Source: Bacillota bacterium
GTDB lineage: Bacteria; Bacillota; Clostridia; Lachnospirales; Lachnospiraceae
NCBI GenBank assembly: GCA_029224465.1
Contig: JAQXUQ010000020.1
Location: 30,006-94,005, forward strand
DNA length: 64,000 bases
Direction: 5' to 3'
Position numbers and translations under genes: made by a program. Below the pieces are notes generated by a model. It was not told the DNA's origin. It searched no databases and was given only the letters and a program-made list of their open reading frames with translations. The first letter of the stretch is position 1. Each line of letters starts with the position of its first letter. Shown here one piece after another: positions 57,483 to 64,000 of this stretch.

Positions 57483-58019
57483 TTAATTGTCCACTTCCGA
57501 AACCTGATGCACGTAATCGTCGGTATCATTCTCGTAGTCCACAATCTGATCCTTGTTGGCATAGGTCATCCCGAGCTGGGTGATCGCCTTGTAACGGATG
57601 TCTTCGAGCTTCACGCTGCTGTTGATCTCATTGAGTGTTTCTTCATTGTTCTCGCGAAGCTGTGTCAGTTCACTTTCAAGGGAAGCAACTTTGTTCACCG
57701 TGTAGGTCAGTTCATAACGAAGATTGACATAGTGAATTAGAGCAGCGCACATGATGACCGTCATCCCGAGTAAAGCAGCAATGAGCGCAGGATTCATCCT
57801 CGCCGCTTTCGCTGTCCTTTTTCTGTCCGCGGTCTTCTGCCGGTGTCCTGCGCCTGTGCGGGTATCTTCATACGCGTCATAGTCGTAGGCAGGTGCTTCC
57901 GAGCCGTAATAATATACGAAAGCTGCACCTTCGTGATTTCTCCTCGTGCGATAGCCTCTGGAGATATCACGCGCTTCATAATCATATGCATTTGTTCTGT
58001 AAGCGCGTCTGTTCCCCAT
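57483..58019 (-). CDS. ftsL: FtsL-like cell division protein
   Basis: Single TM, then leucine-zipper-like coiled coil and A..QLGM motif; located between rsmH and the PBP. Confidence 0.7.
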   Translation of the reverse strand: MGNRRAYRTNAYDYEARDISRGYRTRRNHEGAAFVYYYGSEAPAYDYDAYEDTRTGAGHRQKTADRKRTAKAARMNPALIAALLGMTVIMCAALIHYVNLRYELTYTVNKVASLESELTQLRENNEETLNEINSSVKLEDIRYKAITQLGMTYANKDQIVDYENDTDDYVHQVSEVDN

Positions 58020-58042
58020 TTTCCTGCCCTCATAAGACCGTT

Positions 58043-58987
58043 TTACTGTTCCCCGATCTTTTCAAATACCCGCAGCTTCGCGCTGGCCGAACGTTTGTTG
58101 TCCAGCAGTTCTTCCTGCGATGGTAAAATAGCTTTTCTTGTAATAACCGTCCCTTTCGGTTTCCTCCCGCAAACGCAGACAGGAAATTCCGGTGGACAGA
58201 TACACGGATTCTCGTTTCGTTTAAAAGCGTTCTTCACAATCCGGTCTTCCAGCGAATGGAAGGTGATGATGCAGAGCCTGCCGCCGGGATTCAGTAGTCC
58301 TATCATCCCGTCTATGGAATCCCGCAGAACATCCAGCTCTCTGTTGCAGGCAATCCGGATCGCCTGAAACGTCCGCTTACAGGGATTTCCGCCGCGTACC
58401 TGCATCTTCATCGGTATGCTGGCACGGATGATAGCGGCAAGTTCTCCCGTCGTCTCCAGCGGTTTTTTTTCTCTCTGTGCAGCAATGTTCTTCGCGATCC
58501 TCGCCGCAAATTTCTCCTCGCCATAATCTCTGATTATCTGCTCGATTTTCTCTACGGACCAGGTATTCAGGATCTGCCTGGCACTGACGGGATTGTCCTG
58601 ATCCATGCGCATATCGAGCGGTTCATCCGTGTTATAGGAAAACCCCCGCTCCGGGTTGTCCAGCTGATAGCTGGAAACGCCAAGATCAAGCAGGATGCCG
58701 TCCACGCCATCTATTCCCAGCTGCGAAAGCACCTGCGGCATATTCTCGTAATTACTGCGTACGATCGTAACTCTGTCCTGATACGGCTCCAGCCGTTTCA
58801 CCGCCGCGGCAATCGCGTCCTTGTCCTGATCAATCCCTACAAGGCGTCCTCCGTCCGTGAGCCTCTTCGCAATCTCAAAAGAATGGCCCGCGCCGCCAAG
58901 CGTACCGTCCACGTAGATTCCGTCCGGCCTGATATTCAGTTGACTTATGGTTTCCTGCAGTAAAACCGAGGTATGTCTGAATTCCAT
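58043..58987 (-). CDS. rsmH: 16S rRNA m4C1402 methyltransferase
   Basis: [53 protein letters not shown]. Confidence 0.98.
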   Translation of the reverse strand: MEFRHTSVLLQETISQLNIRPDGIYVDGTLGGAGHSFEIAKRLTDGGRLVGIDQDKDAIAAAVKRLEPYQDRVTIVRSNYENMPQVLSQLGIDGVDGILLDLGVSSYQLDNPERGFSYNTDEPLDMRMDQDNPVSARQILNTWSVEKIEQIIRDYGEEKFAARIAKNIAAQREKKPLETTGELAAIIRASIPMKMQVRGGNPCKRTFQAIRIACNRELDVLRDSIDGMIGLLNPGGRLCIITFHSLEDRIVKNAFKRNENPCICPPEFPVCVCGRKPKGTVITRKAILPSQEELLDNKRSASAKLRVFEKIGEQ

Positions 58988-59000
58988 CGCCCGCCGTCTG

Positions 59001-59453
59001 TCAGAACTGGATACCGTTCGCGTACAGTCTTGCCGCCGCCTCGCGGATATCCTTCTTCGTAACCTTTCTCATGTGTTCATCGAAGGCTTCCTCGCTCCAG
59101 AGCTCCGCTCTGTCAATTCTTCCCGCGAAAACAACGTTCTTCGTAATACCCCCCGCCTCGCGCAGCTGCTGCGGCAGGATGATTCTTCCCTGTGCGTCGA
59201 CTTCAACTTCAAGCGTATTCATTCCGTACCAGCGCAGGATCTCTTCCGCGTCCTCATTGAAGGTGGCAGGAAGGCCGCGCAGCTTCTGCTCGAAATTCTT
59301 CCAGTCCTCCATGGTATAAATCAGAAGGCAGTCACCTGTCCCGATGCCGATCATAAACCGGCTTCCCAGGATCTCTCTGAACTTGGCAGGGACGCTCAGG
59401 CGTCCTTTGGCATCCAGATGATGTCTGTAGATGCCGTTAAAATTGCCTTCCAT
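59001..59453 (-). CDS. mraZ: Transcriptional regulator MraZ
   Basis: [10 protein letters not shown] and [10 protein letters not shown] repeated MraZ motifs; first gene of the dcw cluster. Confidence 0.96.
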   Translation of the reverse strand: MEGNFNGIYRHHLDAKGRLSVPAKFREILGSRFMIGIGTGDCLLIYTMEDWKNFEQKLRGLPATFNEDAEEILRWYGMNTLEVEVDAQGRIILPQQLREAGGITKNVVFAGRIDRAELWSEEAFDEHMRKVTKKDIREAAARLYANGIQF

Positions 59454-59508
59454 AATACCTTCCGAACCTTTTACGAGCCGCGCGTCATCTTCCGGAAACG
59501 AACTTTTA

Positions 59509-59524
59509 TCCCACTTTACACCAC
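59509..59524 (-). promoter_or_regulatory. MraZ-binding-like direct repeats
   Basis: Minus strand GTGGTGTAAA-GTGGGA: GTGG at 10-bp period upstream of mraZ, like known MraZ operators; only two clear copies. Confidence 0.55.
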
Positions 59525-59571
59525 CTTATAGGTAAAAAATGGGAATTCATCCCCTAAGATAGCTAAATAAT

Positions 59572-59606
59572 AACCCAAGGCACTGATATTTTCAATACCT
59601 TGGGTT
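59572..59606. terminator. Inverted repeat downstream of lgt (possible terminator or operator)
   Basis: AACCCAAGG-N17-CCTTGGGTT. Confidence 0.4.
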
Positions 59607-59629
59607 TCAAAATGCGGTTTTATAAGGTT

Positions 59630-60532
59630 TTACGCCCGAGGAGTCTTCGGGCCGGTGTGGGATGCCGTCCCATCCGCGAGCTGTTTTCTGGCATAAATGT
59701 CCATCAAAACAGAAAAAACAATCATAATGACACTAACAACGATCGATACGGGGATCTTCGTCCCAGTTATATACAGCTGATCCGTCCGGATATATTCGAT
59801 CCACGCCCTTCCGATTCCGTAACCGAAGAAATACAGCAATGTGATTTCACCTTCAAACCTCTTATGTCCGGCCCATAGAAGCATCAGAATCAAAAGTCCC
59901 AGATTCCATAGCCCTTCATATAAAAAGGTAGGATGCACCTGAATGTAGTTCGTTCCCTGCGCGATATGGGAAGCTACCGATTCCGTAATATCCCGGCTGC
60001 GCACCATTTCAACGGGAAGGCGCATCGCCAGCAGGCTGTCCGTATAACCGCCGAACACTTCCCGGTTAAAGAAGTTGCCCCACCGTCCGATAATCTGGCC
60101 GAGGACCAGTCCGTAAGCCGCGGTGTCGAGAAGCCGGAACGGGTTCACCTTTTTGACTCTGCAGTAAACAAAAACAACAATCACACAGGCAATGATGCCT
60201 CCGTAAATCGCAAGGCCGCCGGCACGCAGATTAAAAATCTGCAGCGGATGGTCTTTGTAGGCGTCCCAGAAGAAAATTACGTAATATAGTCTGGCACCGA
60301 TGATTGCGAAAATGATCAGCCAGATCGAAATGTCCCAGATAATGTTCGGGTCCCAGCCTGTTTTTTTCGCCATGTGTGCCGCCAGAAGAATTCCGGCCAG
60401 CATCGCTGCCGCGATACAGATTCCATACAGAGCGATCGAAAAGCTTCCTATGCTAATGGACTGCGGTACATCTTTTAAATAGATTCCAAGATGCGGAAAC
60501 GCGATATCCATTTTTCCCATCATATCAGGCAT
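59630..60532 (-). CDS. lgt: Prolipoprotein diacylglyceryl transferase
   Basis: YG, GARLYY, GGLAIYGG, GQIIGRWGNFFNRE, HPTFLYE, R..IEY.R. Confidence 0.97.
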   Translation of the reverse strand: MPDMMGKMDIAFPHLGIYLKDVPQSISIGSFSIALYGICIAAAMLAGILLAAHMAKKTGWDPNIIWDISIWLIIFAIIGARLYYVIFFWDAYKDHPLQIFNLRAGGLAIYGGIIACVIVVFVYCRVKKVNPFRLLDTAAYGLVLGQIIGRWGNFFNREVFGGYTDSLLAMRLPVEMVRSRDITESVASHIAQGTNYIQVHPTFLYEGLWNLGLLILMLLWAGHKRFEGEITLLYFFGYGIGRAWIEYIRTDQLYITGTKIPVSIVVSVIMIVFSVLMDIYARKQLADGTASHTGPKTPRA

Positions 60533-60555
60533 ATTCCCTCCTGCCGTCCGTTCTC

Positions 60556-61653
60556 TTACACGTTAAATCTGAACAGGCAGACATCGCCGTCCTGCACAAC
60601 ATAATCTTTTCCCTGCATTCCGACAAGGCCTTTCTCTCTTGCCGCCGCAAGAGAGCCTTCCTTTAAAAGGACCTCCCAGTTCACGACCTCCGCTTTAATG
60701 AAACCGCGCTCCATATCCGAGTGGACCTTGCCAGCTGCCTGCGGCGCCTTGGTTCCGATTTTAATTGTCCATGCTCTTGTCTCATCTTCGCCGGCGGTCA
60801 GGAAACTCATAAGACCAAGCGTGCGGTAAGAAGCCTTAATCAGCTTATCGAGTCCGGATTCCTTAATGCCGAGGTCATCCAGAAACGCCTGCTTCTCATC
60901 ATCTTCGAGTTCGGAGATTTCCGCCTCCATCTCCGCGCACAGAACGAACGCCTCGCTTCCGTTTTCCTTCGCGTATGCCTTCACCTTCTGAACGCCTTCG
61001 TTGGAAGCGCCGTCATCCGGAATATCATCCGCGGATACGTTGCAGGCATAGATCACCGGTTTCCAGGTAAGGAGCTGATAACCGTTCATAAGCTTTCTTT
61101 CGTCTTCATCGTCGATTTCCATCGAAGAAGCCGGCTTGTTCTGTTCAAGAACAGCCTTGACGCGCTGCAGAAGTTCCAGTTCTTTCGCGGCTTCCTTATC
61201 CATGCGCGCTGTTTTGGCGACTTTGGAAATTCTGCGTTCCAGAACATCCAGATCCGCAAAGATCAGCTCCAGATTGATTGTTTCAATGTCGCGCATCGGA
61301 TCGATCGTACCGTCCACGTGTGTAATGTTGGCATCCTCGAAACAGCGAACAACATGCACAATTGCGTCGCACTCGCGGATATTTGCAAGGAACTGGTTGC
61401 CGAGGCCTTCCCCCTTCGAAGCGCCCTTCACGAGGCCCGCGATATCCACGAACTCGATGACGGCCGGTGTGATCTTCTTCGAATGATACATCTCGCCGAG
61501 CTTTTTGATCCGCTCGTCCGGAACCGCAACGACACCGACATTCGGATCAATTGTGCAGAACGGATAGTTTGCTACGTCTGCACCTGCCTTGGTAAGTGAA
61601 TTGAATAACGTGCTCTTGCCGACGTTCGGCAGACCCACTATGCCCAACTTCAT
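60556..61653 (-). CDS. ychF: Redox-regulated ATPase YchF
   Basis: [51 protein letters not shown]; start ATG 61653. Confidence 0.98.
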   Translation of the reverse strand: MKLGIVGLPNVGKSTLFNSLTKAGADVANYPFCTIDPNVGVVAVPDERIKKLGEMYHSKKITPAVIEFVDIAGLVKGASKGEGLGNQFLANIRECDAIVHVVRCFEDANITHVDGTIDPMRDIETINLELIFADLDVLERRISKVAKTARMDKEAAKELELLQRVKAVLEQNKPASSMEIDDEDERKLMNGYQLLTWKPVIYACNVSADDIPDDGASNEGVQKVKAYAKENGSEAFVLCAEMEAEISELEDDEKQAFLDDLGIKESGLDKLIKASYRTLGLMSFLTAGEDETRAWTIKIGTKAPQAAGKVHSDMERGFIKAEVVNWEVLLKEGSLAAAREKGLVGMQGKDYVVQDGDVCLFRFNV

Positions 61654-61947
61654 GTCTCTGTATATCCTCCATTTTCCTTGATTTGGCATCTCATTTATTA
61701 ATGTCTCAGAGTTGATCATACCATATTATTGATGGAAGGGATAAAAGAAGTTTGCAAACGGCTTCTTCGGAGGTGGAGAGCTGCAAGGATCTCCGTTCAG
61801 CAAAATCTCCTCTCAAACCCGCGGATTATTTTCTCCGGCAGCATTACAAACGCTTCGATCAGCCTGACCGGAATGAGAATGGCGGCACCAGATGAAGAAT
61901 ACCGGAGATATTTCGGAATTTGTCTTTTATGCATGCCCTGAACGCAG

Positions 61948-61972
61948 AAAACGCAGGCATAAAGCCTGCGTT
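61948..61972 (-). terminator. Intrinsic terminator after the panE-like gene
   Basis: Minus strand AACGCAGGC-TTTAT-GCCTGCGTT then TT. Confidence 0.6.
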
Positions 61973-62026
61973 CAAGACAAATGATGTGTATTCAGGACAA
62001 CCAAGAAGCGCGTAAGCAGAAATTTC

Positions 62027-62944
62027 TCAGCCCCGGTCTCTTCCTTCCAGCGCGTGAATTGTATTTACAACAAATTCATGTACCGGAACCGGGATTCCGG
62101 CCTTATGCGCAGCGCGGACGACAGAACCGGAAATGGTATCAACCTCGGTCTTTCTTCCTGCACGGATATCCGCGCAGATGGATGTCACCCCTTCCGGTGA
62201 TCCTGCGGATGTTGCCTTAATCTTTTCGGCAAGCTTCTCCTCATCCGCTTCCAGCCCGAGCGCATGCGCTGTTTCCACAGCCTCATGCAGCAACGCCATT
62301 GTCATCTTCCACGCATATTCGTTCGCGGCAATATAGCCGATGTTCACCTGCAGCACTGCGGTTACAGCACTCAGGGATACATTCGTGAATAGTTTGTCCC
62401 AGATGAGCTGCTGGATATTCGGATGAATTCTCACATTGAATCCGCAGCTGTCAAAGGATTCTTTGAGTCTGTTCAGAAAATTCTCCTTGTCCTCCGTAAG
62501 CATGCCTACGTTTGTGTTGCCGACGCCGCCGTGACGGATATGGCCGAATCCCAGCACAGCTCCATTATCTTCGGTTGTTCCGATAATGATATGGTCCTGC
62601 GGTACAAATTCGCCGAGGATATCTTCATGTCCCGAGCCGTTCTGCAGCGTCATTACATAGGTATCCGATCCGATCAGGTTCCGGTTTCCGGACAGAGCAG
62701 CTTTTGAATACAGCGCCTTGACGAAAAGAATGATCAGATCGACCGGTTCCATTCCTTCAGAGCTTATCGCCGCGGCAGGCCGGTAAATATTCTCCTGTTC
62801 GTTTTCTTCAATCTTCAAGCCGTTCTGCTGTACTGTCTCGATAACCTTGGGATTTGTATCGATCAGCGTTACGTCATTATGTAATGATAAATGTCCCCCG
62901 TAGATGGATCCCATCGCGCCGGCGCCTATTACCGCTATCTTCAT
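62027..62944 (-). CDS. panE: Ketopantoate reductase (PanE/ApbA) family oxidoreductase
   Basis: IGAGAMG, FVKA, LQNG.GH, WDKLFTN, SICAD...RKTEVD.I.G. Confidence 0.88.
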   Translation of the reverse strand: MKIAVIGAGAMGSIYGGHLSLHNDVTLIDTNPKVIETVQQNGLKIEENEQENIYRPAAAISSEGMEPVDLIILFVKALYSKAALSGNRNLIGSDTYVMTLQNGSGHEDILGEFVPQDHIIIGTTEDNGAVLGFGHIRHGGVGNTNVGMLTEDKENFLNRLKESFDSCGFNVRIHPNIQQLIWDKLFTNVSLSAVTAVLQVNIGYIAANEYAWKMTMALLHEAVETAHALGLEADEEKLAEKIKATSAGSPEGVTSICADIRAGRKTEVDTISGSVVRAAHKAGIPVPVHEFVVNTIHALEGRDRG

Positions 62945-63019
62945 TATTTTCCTCCAGTGCGTTCCGGCCGGCCGCAGCAGATGCTGCGGCCGGCACCAAA
63001 TTTACAGTATTCTTACAGG

Positions 63020-63715
63020 TCAGTCTTCAGAAAACTCTTTGATTCCCTCGATTGCGTAAGCATGTACCGGGCTGGAATCCAGGCCGACAATCGGGAGCGG
63101 AGCATAGGACATGAAGAAGACATCCTTCTGCAAAAGTTCGAGGTTCTTTAATACTTCGATGAAGATGATGTTTTCCGCAAGCAGAATGTCGTGGAAAGGC
63201 TTTACATCTTCATTGCAGTTCTCAATCGATACACCGTCGCCGAAGCCGACCGCCTTCACCTTGTGTGCCTTGAACCATTCCGCAGTCTCCGCGTTTACGA
63301 AAAGTCTCTTGTCCTTTTCGGTATTCGTATCCTTTGTGAACGGATTCAGCTTGTAGTCGGAATCAATAATGACAATGTCCCCTTCGCGTACCTTGGAAGC
63401 GGCGCGGTCCAGATCGGCAGCCGTAATATGGCTGTTCGGCGCTACGCTGTCATGGAAATTCACATAAACGGCACGGCCGACAAAGGTCGTGAGCGGAACT
63501 CCGGTGACATCCGGCCAGTTATCATTGTGATGATACGGGCACTCCGCGTGTGTTCCAAGATGTGTCATGATATCGACATTTGTATGGAAATCCGGGATCG
63601 GGCCGCCGGTATTGAAGCGGAACAGCTTGCATCTTCTGGTCTCGGTCGCGGGATCTACCAGCTTGGAGAGATCAATCAGTCTCATTCCATTTCCCAAATC
63701 ATAAACAGTCTGCAT
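63020..63715 (-). CDS. Cyclase family (kynurenine formamidase-like) metallohydrolase
   Basis: HLGTHAECPYH (variant of HxGTHxDxPxH), FIEVLKNL, PLPIVGLDSSP; RBS GGAGG before ATG 63715. Confidence 0.88.
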   Translation of the reverse strand: MQTVYDLGNGMRLIDLSKLVDPATETRRCKLFRFNTGGPIPDFHTNVDIMTHLGTHAECPYHHNDNWPDVTGVPLTTFVGRAVYVNFHDSVAPNSHITAADLDRAASKVREGDIVIIDSDYKLNPFTKDTNTEKDKRLFVNAETAEWFKAHKVKAVGFGDGVSIENCNEDVKPFHDILLAENIIFIEVLKNLELLQKDVFFMSYAPLPIVGLDSSPVHAYAIEGIKEFSED

Positions 63716-63756
63716 GTTCTTTTCCTCCGTCTGTATATGCATTCATCAAAAGGCGC

Positions 63757-64000
63757 TCAGACAGCAACCTTTACGACAACCTTTTTAACTGCCATCGGTT
63801 TTCCGGCAGCACATCTGGGTTTGTGCGCGTCTTCAGGCGCCACAACGATCAGATCGCCCTCCTTCAGATAAACTTCTCCGGAGTAATCCGGCTCTTTATA
63901 AAGGATGAGATCATTTTCCGGTTTTTCCTGTACGACTGTCAGCGTATCACGCCTGCAGACGCCGAACATTTCCTCTCCGGTAACCATATATTGAATGTCG
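63757..64000 (-). CDS. YhcH/YjgK/YiaL family protein, 5' part outside the window
   Basis: DIQYMVTGEE, Y....D..LY, L..GD..V..PEDAHKP, VKKVVVKV. Confidence 0.85.
   Translation of the reverse strand, partial: DIQYMVTGEEMFGVCRRDTLTVVQEKPENDLILYKEPDYSGEVYLKEGDLIVVAPEDAHKPRCAAGKPMAVKKVVVKVAV

Noticed and set aside
61729-61941. 70-aa plus-strand ORF
   Set aside because: No RBS, no motif, and it would start within the putative ychF promoter; not called as a gene.

Overview
Core-chromosome segment of a GC-rich Firmicute. Gene content and order suggest Lachnospiraceae (inference from synteny, not a database hit). Almost all genes are on the minus strand; only four clear genes are on plus. Left to right: U32 peptidase/hydroxylase (cut by the edge), zapA, ruvB-PH-ruvA, ilvB-ilvN / ilvN-ilvC-leuCD, tyrS, der-plsY-gpsA, prs, the ffh-rpsP-khpA-rimM-trmD-rplS-lepB-rbgA-lepB-rnhB-yraN block, rpmF-plsX-acpP-rnc-smc-ftsY, pta-ackA, an accessory peptidase/Opp-type ABC/CDF cluster, tRNA-Ala(CGC), THF riboswitch-folT, a reduced dcw cluster, ychF-lgt, and the end of a YhcH-cyclase-PanE operon. 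I found no CRISPR array, transposase, integrase or prophage. Best leads: (1) an M20 peptidase + stand-alone C39 cysteine peptidase + Opp-family ABC importer + CDF + Dabb cluster; (2) a signal peptidase I paralogue lacking both catalytic residues; (3) a membrane-anchored GH25 lacking its DxE motif, inside the SRP gene cluster; (4) a divisome PBP with six Dx[DN]xDG motifs and tandem repeats in its tail; (5) ftsY split by a 1-nt loss in an A-run, probably an assembly error. All calls come from motif reading by eye; no searches were run.
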